A stretch of DNA of 64,000 nucleotides. Origin: Candidatus Dormiibacterota bacterium. Its GTDB lineage: Bacteria > Chloroflexota > Dormibacteria > Aeolococcales > Aeolococcaceae. The number at the start of each line of letters is the position of its first letter. Position 1 is the first letter of the stretch. The DNA is taken from assembly GCA_963718525.1 (NCBI GenBank), contig OY970355.1:448001-512000 (forward strand), in the 5' to 3' direction. The notes under the pieces are model-generated. The model was given only the letters and a program-made list of their open reading frames with translations, did no database searches and was not told where the DNA came from. Below are positions 1-9,655 of this stretch, in pieces. The position numbers and the translations under genes are program-made.

Positions 1-506
1 ACCGTGACGACCCCGCACATACCGCGGAGGTGATGCGCGACGGTTTCTATCACACCGGTGATGTCGCATCCCGCGACAGCGATGGCTACATCACGTACGT
101 CGGCCGTTCTGACGACGTGTTCAAGTCATCGGACTACCGCATCTCCCCGTTCGAGCTCGAGAGCGTGCTCATCGAGCATGCGGCGGTGGCGGAGGCAGCG
201 GTGGTGCCCTCGCCGGATCCCGTCCGGATGTCGGTCCCCAAGGCGTTCATCGCGGTGGGAGCGGGATATGTCGCGTCGGCGGACGTTGCACGATCGATCT
301 TCGAGCACTCACAGGCGCACCTGGCCGGATACAAGCGTATTCGCAGGCTCGAGTTTGCTGAGCTGCCCAAGACGATCTCCGGGAAGATCCGGCGTGTGGA
401 CCTGCGCGCGAAGGAGGCCGACTTGCGCGCGGGGATATCGAGTGCGCGCGCGGAGAACGAGTACTGGGAAGAGGACTTTCCGGACCTGCGGCCCGCGCCT
501 TCCTGA
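1..506 (+). CDS. AMP-binding acyl-CoA synthetase, C-terminal part (truncated at window edge)
   Basis: Adenylate-forming motifs FYHTGD, GRSDD, ISPFELES, LPKTISGKIRR; frame is open from the window start. Confidence 0.9.
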   Translation, partial: RDDPAHTAEVMRDGFYHTGDVASRDSDGYITYVGRSDDVFKSSDYRISPFELESVLIEHAAVAEAAVVPSPDPVRMSVPKAFIAVGAGYVASADVARSIFEHSQAHLAGYKRIRRLEFAELPKTISGKIRRVDLRAKEADLRAGISSARAENEYWEEDFPDLRPAPS

Positions 507-521
507 CGCCCACCAATTCGG

Positions 522-980
522 TCAGGTGTGGAAGCGGTAGAGGCCCTGAGCGACGCAGCACGGCTTGTCGGAGCCCTCTCGCTCGATCACGAAGTCAACG
601 ACGATCTGAACGCTTCCGTCGGCGACCGTCTCGACCGAGACCAGCGTGGCGCCCGTTCGTATTCTCGACCCGACAGGTACCGGAGAGGGAAAGCGCACCC
701 GGTTCAATCCGTAGTTGATGCCGAGGCGAACGCCGTCGAAATGGAGTATCTCGGTCCACATCGGCACAAGCAGGGAGAGCGTCAGGAATCCGTGCGCAAT
801 CTCGGTGCCGAACGGCCCCGCGGCAGCGCGTTCCGAGTCGACATGAATCCACTGGTGGTCATCGGTCGCATCGGCGAACAGGTTGATCTGCTCCTGGGTG
901 ATCTCCCGCCACTCGCAGTAGCCGAGGTGCTTGCCTGTCAACGCTGTCAGCTCGGCAACGCTGGTGACGGTGGTGGTCAC
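522..980 (-). CDS. MaoC-family (R)-specific enoyl-CoA hydratase/dehydratase
   Basis: Hot-dog hydratase motif FADATDDHQWIHVD...IAHGFLTLSL; GINYGLNRVRF. Confidence 0.92.
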   Translation of the reverse strand: MTTTVTSVAELTALTGKHLGYCEWREITQEQINLFADATDDHQWIHVDSERAAAGPFGTEIAHGFLTLSLLVPMWTEILHFDGVRLGINYGLNRVRFPSPVPVGSRIRTGATLVSVETVADGSVQIVVDFVIEREGSDKPCCVAQGLYRFHT

Positions 981-989
981 GCGGGCTCC

Positions 990-1394
990 TCAGTCGCGAG
1001 TCAGGATGACGACTGGAATCTCTCGCTCTGTGCGTTGCTGGTATTGATCGTAGTCGGGCCACGAGGCGGTCATCGTCTTCCAGAGCTCCGGCTTCTCTTC
1101 GGGAGTCGCCGTGCGGGCATGGGCGGCAAAGCGATCGCCCTTGACCTGCACCTGCACCTCGGGGTTTGCGACAAGGTTCGTGTACCAAGCAGGCGGTGTC
1201 GGCGCTCCACCCTTGGAACCGACGACCAGGTAATCGTCGCCGTGTCGGCCGAAGATCAGCGCGTTACTCCTCGGCTCGCCTGTCTTCCGGCCCTTCGTGG
1301 TCAGGATCAGGATCTCCGACCCCTTGTGCCAGCTGTAGCCTTCTTCGCCGTTTGTTTCGACGTATCGGTCGACGTGCTCTTTGCCATACAACAT
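990..1394 (-). CDS. Deazaflavin (F420H2)-dependent nitroreductase/quinone reductase, Ddn family
   Basis: C-terminal 134 aa of ORF 990..2030: LILTTKGRKTGEPR, VGSKGG...PAWYTNLVANP, YQQRTEREIPVVIL; ATG at 1394 with GGAG upstream. Confidence 0.9.
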   Translation of the reverse strand: MLYGKEHVDRYVETNGEEGYSWHKGSEILILTTKGRKTGEPRSNALIFGRHGDDYLVVGSKGGAPTPPAWYTNLVANPEVQVQVKGDRFAAHARTATPEEKPELWKTMTASWPDYDQYQQRTEREIPVVILTRD

Positions 1395-1514
1395 CAATGC
1401 ATCTCCGGAGGTGCGTTTGTCCGACGCCGGGAAACCTGCCTTTGAGTGTAATTTACCGGTGCACTTCGAAGATTCGCGGTTCTCGCGACCTGGCGCGACC
1501 AGGGCTGTCTGAAC

Positions 1515-2528
1515 ATGGCATCGAGGTTCGGCGGCGTGATCGGACGGATGGGTCCCCTGGCCGTCGCCATCGCCGCCGCGATGTGGGCCACCGACCCGTA
1601 CTTCCGGCCCGCGCTGACCAAGCAGCTGACCGCCAGCCAGATCGTCTTCGTCGAGTCGCTGCTGATCGCGCTGTGCTTCCTGCCTGTCGCCGGACGCGTG
1701 CGTCGAGAGTTGCGCCATCTGCCCGGCCGCCAGTGGATCGCGATGGCCATCATCGCCATCGGCGCGCAGGCATTTGCCACGGTCCTCTTCACCCAGGCCC
1801 TCAGCTATGCGTTCCCGGCGCATGCCGCACCGGATTTCAATGTCGAGAACGAGGTCTACCTGCTCTACATGCTGCAGCCGGTGTTCGGCATCGCCATGGC
1901 GCGCATCTTTCTCAGAGAGCGGCGCAAGCCGTACTTCTGGCCGCTCGCACTCTGCGCGATCGTGGGTGTGTATCTCATCGTGTTTCCGCAGAATCCTCTG
2001 GCACCGTTCTCCTCGGTGCAGCACGGTCAATTGCTGGCGGCGGTGTTGATCCTCGGCGCCGTTGTGCTATGGGCATCCGGGACGGTCTTCGGACGCTACA
2101 GCCTCTCGAATGTGTCCTTCGTCACCACTGCTGCGATGCGCTTCACTCTCGCGCTGCCGGTGCTGCTCGTCCTGATGCTCACCGGCGTTGGCGGGGGTCA
2201 TCTGGGCGCGTTCTCGGTGCAACAGATTCCGAGCTTCATCGGCATTGCGCTCATCCCGGGGTTGCTGGCGATGCTGCTGTACTACCGAGCGCTCGCAGGC
2301 ACGCCCGCCTCGATGGCCTCGATCGCGGAGCTTGGATACCCGTGCACCCTCTTCCTGGTCTTCTCACTGCCGGCGCCGGTGGGTCTCGGCCTTCCCCTCT
2401 ACGGGATCGAGATCGTCGGCGCGCTGCTCCTGATCGCCGTGGTGACGACCCTGAACCTGCTCAAGAATCGCGACGTCGTGGAGACGCCACAGCATGCCGA
2501 TGTCACCCTCGCTGAAGTTGGAACCTAG
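1515..2528 (+). CDS. EamA/DMT-family transporter
   Basis: About 10 hydrophobic segments in two EamA-like halves (LQPVFGIAMARIFLRER; LYYRALAGTPASMASIAEL). Confidence 0.85.
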   Translation: MASRFGGVIGRMGPLAVAIAAAMWATDPYFRPALTKQLTASQIVFVESLLIALCFLPVAGRVRRELRHLPGRQWIAMAIIAIGAQAFATVLFTQALSYAFPAHAAPDFNVENEVYLLYMLQPVFGIAMARIFLRERRKPYFWPLALCAIVGVYLIVFPQNPLAPFSSVQHGQLLAAVLILGAVVLWASGTVFGRYSLSNVSFVTTAAMRFTLALPVLLVLMLTGVGGGHLGAFSVQQIPSFIGIALIPGLLAMLLYYRALAGTPASMASIAELGYPCTLFLVFSLPAPVGLGLPLYGIEIVGALLLIAVVTTLNLLKNRDVVETPQHADVTLAEVGT

Positions 2529-2535
2529 TCACCCG

Positions 2536-3141
2536 ATGGCGCCATCGTTCTGGATCGTGGTGCTGATCAAGGACTTCACCACCGCGAAGAGCAGGCTTGC
2601 CACGGTCCTCGAGCCCCAGGCCCGCCGCCGGCTGGCCGAGATGACTGCCGCGCGCGCCCTTGACGCGGCGCTCTCGGTCGCCCCGACGCTCGCCATCTGC
2701 GGATCGGTCGAAGCCGCGGAGCTGGCCCGCCTCCGTGGAGCCGCCCTGGTGGTCGAACCCTCTCCCAGCGGCCAGAACCCCGCGGCAGCCCGGGGTCTTG
2801 CCGAGGTCGTGCAGCGCGGTGCCGCCTCGGCGCTGCTCCTGAGCTCCGACCTTCCACTCGTGGACGAGGCGGCCATCGTCCGGCTCCTCGCTGCAGCCGA
2901 TGTCCCAGGCAACATCATCGTCGCCGTCCCGGCGGAGGGCCGCGCGGGGACCAACGCCCTCTACCTGCGTCCCCCCGGCGACTTCTCGCTCCATTTTGGC
3001 GATGCTTCTTTGCCGAAATTCGAGGAGGAAGCGCGGGTGCGCGGCCGTCGCTTCATCGTCCACGAAGATCCAAGTCTCGCCCTGGACCTCGACGAGCCGT
3101 CAGACCTCGCCACGTGGCGCCGGCTCGAGCCCACCGGGTGA
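2536..3141 (+). CDS. cofC: 2-phospho-L-lactate/phosphoenolpyruvate guanylyltransferase (CofC/FbiD)
   Basis: IKDFTTAKSRL, SDLPLV, GTNAL, FGDAS, LDLDEPSDL motifs; adjacent to cofE/cofD. Confidence 0.9.
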   Translation: MAPSFWIVVLIKDFTTAKSRLATVLEPQARRRLAEMTAARALDAALSVAPTLAICGSVEAAELARLRGAALVVEPSPSGQNPAAARGLAEVVQRGAASALLLSSDLPLVDEAAIVRLLAAADVPGNIIVAVPAEGRAGTNALYLRPPGDFSLHFGDASLPKFEEEARVRGRRFIVHEDPSLALDLDEPSDLATWRRLEPTG

Positions 3142-3875
3142 CCCTGGAGCTGCGCGGCGTCGAAGGTCTTCCCGAGATCCGTCCGGGCGATGATCTCGGC
3201 GCGCTGATCGTCGAGAGGTCGGGGGAACTCCAGGAAGGCGATGTCGTCATCGTCGCCCAGAAGGTCGTGTCGAAAGCAGAGGGACGGATTCGCACACTCT
3301 CCCGGGTAACGCCGTCGGAGCGAGCGATTGCACTGGCACTGAAGCTCGAGGCCGATCCGCGCCTGGTCCAGGTGATCCTTGACGAGACCAGGCGCGTGGT
3401 GCGCGATGACCGAGTCCTGATCGTCGAGACCCTCCAGGGATTCGTCTGTGCGAACGCCGGGGTCGATCGGTCGAACGTTGACGGTGAGGACGATGTCTGC
3501 CTCCTCCCCGTCGATTGCGATGCGAGCGCCGGTGCGCTCCATGAGCGGATCCACGCGCTGACGGGAGTGCGAGCCGGCGTCATCGTGAGCGACACGTTCG
3601 GGCGCGCGTGGCGGATGGGCCTGGTCAACGTGGCGCTCGGCGTCGCCGGAATACCGGCGGTGCTCGACTATCGCGGTCGCCCCGACGATTTCGGGATGCC
3701 CCTGCAGGCGACCGTGGTGGCGATCGGCGATGAGCTGGCGGCGGCCGCGGAATTGCTGATGGGCAAGACTCGACGGGTTCCCGCGGTGATCGTGCATGGG
3801 CTGGATGCGCTCGAGGCACCGCCCGGCAGCGGCCAGGAGCTCGTGCGGCCGTCCGACCTCGATCTTTTCCGATGA
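3138..3875 (+). CDS. cofE: Coenzyme F420-0:L-glutamate ligase (stand-alone CofE domain)
   Basis: GLPEIRPGDDL, QKVVSKAEGR, CANAGVDRSN, SDTFGRAWR, DELAAAAEL; GTGA overlap with the cofC stop. Confidence 0.93.
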   Translation: MTLELRGVEGLPEIRPGDDLGALIVERSGELQEGDVVIVAQKVVSKAEGRIRTLSRVTPSERAIALALKLEADPRLVQVILDETRRVVRDDRVLIVETLQGFVCANAGVDRSNVDGEDDVCLLPVDCDASAGALHERIHALTGVRAGVIVSDTFGRAWRMGLVNVALGVAGIPAVLDYRGRPDDFGMPLQATVVAIGDELAAAAELLMGKTRRVPAVIVHGLDALEAPPGSGQELVRPSDLDLFR

Positions 3876-4801
3876 GGGTGGCGCTGCTCTCGGGTGGCAC
3901 CGGAGGGGCACGGCTGGCGACGGGGTTGGCGGCGGTGCTGCCGCCAGACGACCTCTCTGTCGTCGTGAACACGGGCGACGATGACGAATTCTGGGGATTG
4001 CTCGTCAGCCCCGACATCGACGCGATCCTCTACCGGCTTGCGGGAGTCTTCAACCATGCGACCGGGTTCGGGGTCCGCGATGACACGTTCAACGCGCAGG
4101 CGATGCTCGGAAGCCTCGGCGAGCAGACCTGGTTCCAACTGGGCGACCGGGACATCGGCGTGCACCTGCTCAGGGCGACGCTGCTGCACAGCGGTCGGAG
4201 CCTCACCGAGGCGGTGGCGGAGCTCGCGACGAGATTCGGGATCCGGGCTCGGGTGATCCCGATGAGCGACGACCCGGTGCGCACGCGCATCCGAACGGAT
4301 CGAGGTGAGCTGAGCATGCAAGAGTGGTTCGTCGGCGAGCGATGCCGGCCCGTCGTGCGGAGCCTGCGTCTGGCGGGCGTCGAGTCGGCTCGCCCGGCGC
4401 CGGACGCGGTGACCGCGATCACGAACGCGGATGCCGTGATCATCGGACCATCGAACCCACTCCTGAGCGTCGATCCCATTCTCGCCGTCCTCGGCGTCGA
4501 GCTCGACCGGCAGCGCGTGACCGTGGTGTCGCCGGTGGTCGGCGGCAGGTCGCTCAAGGGCCCGACCGTCGACATGCTCCGGCAGGTTGGCGAGGAGGCG
4601 ACAGCGCTCGGCGTGGCGCGCCGCTACGCCGGCATCGCCGCAACGATCGTCATCGACCGCACCGACGCGGCGCTGATCCAGCCGATCCGCTCACTCGGGG
4701 TGCGGCCGCTGATCGACGACATCGTCATGGACGGCGCGGACGGCGAGCGCCGCCTGGCCAGGTCCCTGCTGAACCTCCTAGAGTCGGCCGATGGCTCATG
4801 A
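3872..4801 (+). CDS. cofD: 2-phospho-L-lactate transferase (CofD/FbiA)
   Basis: LSGGTGGA, VNTGDD, SPDID, WFQLGDRD, PMSDD, GPSNP motifs. Confidence 0.93.
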   Translation: MRVALLSGGTGGARLATGLAAVLPPDDLSVVVNTGDDDEFWGLLVSPDIDAILYRLAGVFNHATGFGVRDDTFNAQAMLGSLGEQTWFQLGDRDIGVHLLRATLLHSGRSLTEAVAELATRFGIRARVIPMSDDPVRTRIRTDRGELSMQEWFVGERCRPVVRSLRLAGVESARPAPDAVTAITNADAVIIGPSNPLLSVDPILAVLGVELDRQRVTVVSPVVGGRSLKGPTVDMLRQVGEEATALGVARRYAGIAATIVIDRTDAALIQPIRSLGVRPLIDDIVMDGADGERRLARSLLNLLESADGS

Positions 4802-5201
4802 GGCTGCGCTCGAATTCATTCGCGGGAATCCGCGAGGCGTGATGGCTACCTACCGGCGCGATGGTCAGGCGCAGCTCTCGCCGGTGATCGCCGCGGTCGA
4901 CGCCGAGGATCGAGTTGTGATCAGCACCCGCGAGGGGGCGATGAAGACCCGCAATCTCAGGCGCAACCCACGTGGTGCGTTCTGCGCGCTCAGCGAACGC
5001 TTCTTCGGCGCCTGGCACAGCGTGGAAGGCAACGTCGAGGTCGTCAGCCTTCCAGACGCGATGGAATTGCTCGTCGACTACTACCGGCGGGTCAGTGGAG
5101 AACATCCCGATTGGCAGGAATATCGCGACGCCATGGTGCGTGAGCGACGCGTCGTGCTGCGTATCACCGTGGACCGCAGCGGACCGACGGCCCAGGGCTA
5201 G
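4791..5201 (+). CDS. PPOX-class F420-dependent oxidoreductase
   Basis: ATYRRDGQAQLSPV, KTRNLRRNPR, EHPDWQEYRDAMVRERRV; coupled to cofD. Confidence 0.88.
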   Translation: MAHEAALEFIRGNPRGVMATYRRDGQAQLSPVIAAVDAEDRVVISTREGAMKTRNLRRNPRGAFCALSERFFGAWHSVEGNVEVVSLPDAMELLVDYYRRVSGEHPDWQEYRDAMVRERRVVLRITVDRSGPTAQG

Positions 5202-5208
5202 GAGCCGC

Positions 5209-6241
5209 TCAGGTCGCCTCCTGCGCGGCCAGATCGCGAAGGCGCGGGAGCACCTCGCGGCCGTACAGCTCCAGAAATCGCCGCTGATCGGGGCCGGGAG
5301 CGTGGAAGACGAGATGCGTGAAACCGGCGTCCAGGTAGGGGCGGATCCGGTCGACGTGCTCGCCGGCATCGGATGACACGATCCAGCGGCTCGCCGCCCG
5401 TTCGGTCGAAAGAGCGTCGGCAAGGCGCTCCATCTCGACGGGGTCGTCGACGCCGGTCTTCTCATCCGGGGACAGCGCCAGCGCAGCCCAATGACGGGTG
5501 TCCTCTCGCGCTCGCTGCAGATCGCTGTCGAACGAGACCTTCATCTCAATCGTGAGCTCGATGCCATGAGCGTCTCGTCCGGCGGCGCGTGCGCCTTCCG
5601 CCACGGCGGGGAGCAGCGTGTCCGTGTACAGCTCCATTCCTTTGCCGCTGGTGCAGATGAGTCCATCGGCGACACGCCCGGCAAGCCGTGCCGCAGACGC
5701 ACCGGCAGCCGCGATGTAGAGTGGGATCGGCGTCGAGGGACGGTCGTAGATGGTGGCGTTCCGGGTGCGGTAATACCTGCCGTCGAACGTGACTCGCTCG
5801 CTCGTCAGCAGCGTCTTGATCAGCTCGACGGCTTCCCTGAGCCGTGCGAAGCGTTCCTTGGCATCGGGCCACTCGATGCCGAGCGGCGCTTCGTTCATCG
5901 AACTCACCGGTGCCCACACCGAGCCAGATGCGGCCCGGAAAGAGCGATCCCAGCGTGCCCAACGCCTGAGCGACCACCGCGGGGTGATAGCGGAACGTGG
6001 GGGTGAGCACGCTCGTGCCGAGCTCGATGCGTTTCGTGGCCTGGCCCGCCGCTCCCAGCCACGAGAGTGAGAAGGGTGCGTGACCCCCGGTGTGACGCCA
6101 GGGTTGGAAGTGATCACTGATCGCGGCTGTGTCGAATCCACAGTGCTCCGCAAACACCGTGAAATCGAGCAGGTCGGTCGGTCCGAATTGCTCTGCCGAG
6201 ACCTTGTAACCGAGCCGGAGTTGACGCGACACCGGGCTCAT
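5209..6241 (-). CDS. fgd: F420-dependent glucose-6-phosphate dehydrogenase (Fgd); apparent +1 frameshift at ~5901, probably a sequencing artefact
   Basis: N-terminal [39 protein letters not shown] in ORF 5546..6241; C-terminal NEAP...[11 protein letters not shown]...VFHAPGPDQ in ORF 5209..6153; removing one base restores GVGTGESMNE. Confidence 0.88.
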
Positions 6242-6292
6242 GTTCCCACTCGGCGTCGCGAGCCGGGTGTGCCGGCCCCCGCGCCACGACGG

Positions 6293-9048
6293 TCAACCGG
6301 CGACGGCGGTGACCCTGGTTCCCAGCTCCGAATCCGGCGGGGACGGCGTTATCCCCGCGGCGAGGCGTCGTGCCGAGTCGATCTTTGCGATCAACGCTTC
6401 GGCCGCGAACGGTTTGCCCAGGTATTCGCACGCCAGATCGTAGGCGCGATTGAGCACGTCGGCACTGTCCAGGAGTCCCGTCATCACGACGACCGGCATG
6501 CGGAGGTGCGCGTCGCTCGCGCGAACGAATCCGATCAGGTCCCATCCGTCGCCGTCGGGCATGCCGATGTCGACCACCAGCACCTCCGTGCTGTGCGCAA
6601 GCTCCGCCATCGCCTCTCTGATGGTCGGCACGAGCACAGCGCGCAATCCATGCCGTTCGAGCATGCGACATGCCGTGACTCCCACCACCTCGTCGTCATC
6701 GACGACGAGGACGCGTCCCGTGGTTTCGCGATGCGCGATCGGGTCGCCGCCCGTATCGACCGGGAACACGGCTCGACCACACTCGGCGGTGTCCGCGGAC
6801 GCAAGCGACCGCTCGATGCCGTCTGCAGCCATCGGCCGCGCGTAGTAGTAGCCCTGGGCCAGCTCATACCCCGCCTGGCGCAGATGCTTCGCCTGGTCGG
6901 CGCGCTCGACGCCCTCGATGATCGTCCTCAATTGCAACGCCCTGACCATTCCGACGACGGCATCGAGAAGTCCGCTCGCGACGTGTCCGTCAGGGACATG
7001 ATCGACCAGCGATTTGTCGATCTTCACAACGGCAACGGGCAGGCGGCGCAATCTCGCCAATGACGAAGCTCCCACACCGAAGTCGTCGATCGCGATGCCG
7101 ACACCGAGCGCCTTGAGACGGCTGAGGATCCGGATCGCACCGTCCATGTCGTCCATGACCGCGGTCTCGGTCACCTCGAGGATCAGGTAGCTCGCGTCAA
7201 GCCCCGCGCTGCGAAGCGCCTCGGACACGATCGCCACCAGGTCGTCGGAGTGCAGCTGGCGCGGCGACACGTTGACGCTCATGGTGATATCGGCAGCGGC
7301 GCCATACTGGCGCTGCCAGCTCGCGAGCTGCTGGCAGGCTTCGTTCAACACCCGAGCGCCAATCGGGATGATGAGGCCGGTGCGTTCCGCAATCGGGATG
7401 AAGACGTCAGGCGGGATCACGTCGCCATCGGGATGCTTCCAGCGCGCGAGTGCTTCGACGGACATCATGCGGCCGTTGGCAAGGTCGACGATCGGCTGGT
7501 AATGGACGAGCAGATCGCCGGTGAGCCACGCGGTCCGCAGCCCGTGCTCGACGCGCATCCGCTCGGCAATGGCGGTGTGCATGTGCGGCTTGAAGAGCGC
7601 AAACCCGTTGCCGCCGGCGGATTTCGCTGCGTACATCGCCAGGTCCGCATTGCGCAGGATCTCGTCGGCCGTTTCGCCCTGTGCAGCGGTCGCGATGCCG
7701 AGGCTCGCCGCCACGGCGACTGTCGTGCTCTTCAACGCCAGGGGCAGTTCGAGGGCGGCGAGCACTCGTCTCGCCAGGACGGCGACCTGGTCGCCGGGAC
7801 CCGCTGCCAAGAGGATGGCGAACTCATCGCCACCAAGACGGGCCACGACGTCGACCTCCCGGACGCAGCTGACGATACGCCGGCCCACCTGCACCAACAC
7901 CTGATCGCCGATGCTGTGACCGAACGTGTCGTTGACCTCCTTGAAGCCATCGAGATCGAGCATCATCAGGGTCAGGGACCGGCCTGCCGTCTCGCGAGCC
8001 TCGAGCTCGTGTTCGAGACGCCGGCGGAGGAGCGTTCGGTTGGGCAGCCCGGTCAAGGAGTCGTGCGATGCCTGGTGAGCCAGCGCGTGGCCGAGTCCGA
8101 GGTTCATGTAGAGGGCGAGGTACATCCGGCTGAGCGTCAGACCGATAAGCGCCGCCATCACCAGCAGCAGCGCATCGGTCACCTGGCGCTGCTCCGACCG
8201 AAAGGCGACTGCGGCGAGGCAGGCAAGTGCCACCGGCACGATCGGTACCCAGAGCCCCGTTCTGATGGATGTGGTGCCAAATGCCGCGACCGCCTGGCGG
8301 CGGAAGCACAGGGCGTAGAGCGCGGCGATACCGAGACAGAGCAGGCCGACCACCCAGCCGTTCGCAAAGAACGACCCAGGCGCGCCGACACCGAGACCGA
8401 TCTGGTGCGTCAACTCGATGTCGGCGATGCCGATGCCAAGAATCGCAGTGCCGATGAGCAGACCGACGGGCCGCATCTTCGGCCCAACTCTGGCCACCCT
8501 CGACGCGACGAGTGTCAGAACGATCACGTCCACCACCGGCTCCGCGAGAACTCGCGACGCTCACGAGAATTGGATGGGATCCATCGATTGGGCGGATGTA
8601 TCCAGTTGCGAGGCCGACCATGAGCAGCCCGCCACCCATGAGCAGACCGTCGAAAAAGGCGACGGTCACCGCGAAGTCTCGAGGCGACCGCCCGCATGAA
8701 GATGAGCGCCCCCGCGAGTGCCAGCGGCAGTTGCACAAGGGCCGCATACGTCGAAACCGACACGACCGCGGCGGTATGGCTGGTCGCCAGCACGTTCCAG
8801 TCCGACCCCGCTTCGAGGAGGCCATAGGCCGACCAGCACAACCACGACCATCGTCGCCGGCCGCGCGATCTCGTGGCCGTGAGCAGCGCGATGCCGCCCG
8901 CAAACAGGCCCGCGCCGACCTCGGCGGCGTTGTGGAGGCGATCTTCGAAGACCGCCCCACCAACGCCGACCAGGGACGCGCCGACGAAGACGCCGATCAG
9001 AATGACGCTGACAGCCGTCACGGCCCCGAAGAGCCGGCGAGAGGACAC
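6293..9048 (-). CDS. Membrane-bound diguanylate cyclase/phosphodiesterase (TM-GGDEF-EAL-REC); two apparent +1 frameshifts at ~8674 and ~8549
   Basis: HDSLTGLPNR, ARLGGDEF, EALARW, DDFGVG, C-terminal receiver domain (VLVVDDD, VVDIGMPDGDG, KPF); the hydrophobic N-terminus is spread over three frames and rejoins after removing two bases. Confidence 0.85.
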
Positions 9049-9378
9049 GTCGAGCCTAGATATCGCGAGCCAGCGACCGTGCGCTACGGATGATCACGGT
9101 CAACGTCTCCTTGGTCGGCGCGACCCGCTCGCCCGATCTGGTGCTTCGAGTGCCCTCACGGTCTGTGGCAATCGCAGTCGATCGCCTTGCGAGAGCCAAT
9201 CTGCGATGAGCCTCAGGCGCCCGTCTGTTCGACAGCGTACCTACGGAAAGCGCCCATCGACGCTCGTTCAACACTGTCACAACCGTCACCTTCGCGTCCC
9301 CGGTTCCGGATCCAGCCGGGCGGGTTTTGTGTCACCCGCGTGTCTGGGTGATTCGCCGTCGCTTGCTAGACTTCGAGC

Positions 9379-9567
9379 GTGGCGAAATGGGTGGTGCTCC
9401 ATCTGGATTCAGATGACGCGTCGACGTACATCAACGTTGACGAGGTGACCCAGGTTCGCCAGATCGCCACCGGCTCCACGCGTATCTCCTTCACCAACGG
9501 GACGGACGTGTCAGTGCGTGAAGACGCGCCCATCGTGATCGCCGCCTTCCGTCGCAACTCGATCTAA
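9379..9567 (+). CDS. Small hypothetical protein resembling the FlbD family
   Basis: 62 aa with YINVDEV...TRISFTNGTDVSVRE pattern; TAGACT 6 nt before the GTG. Confidence 0.6.
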   Translation: MAKWVVLHLDSDDASTYINVDEVTQVRQIATGSTRISFTNGTDVSVREDAPIVIAAFRRNSI

Positions 9568-9655
9568 CGCCTGAGCCGCTTCCTGGCGGCCGTCATCGCC
9601 GTGGGAGTGGGGCGTCCGCCGGCGGCATGGCCTCTGTGGCAGCATGGGGCGGCTC

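Noticed and set aside
1395-2030. Long N-terminal extensions in the ORF track (Ddn, glcE, paaE, E1a, xfp, hxlR, DAHP synthase)
   Set aside because: They overlap neighbouring genes, and downstream starts have an RBS, -10 element or stop-start coupling.
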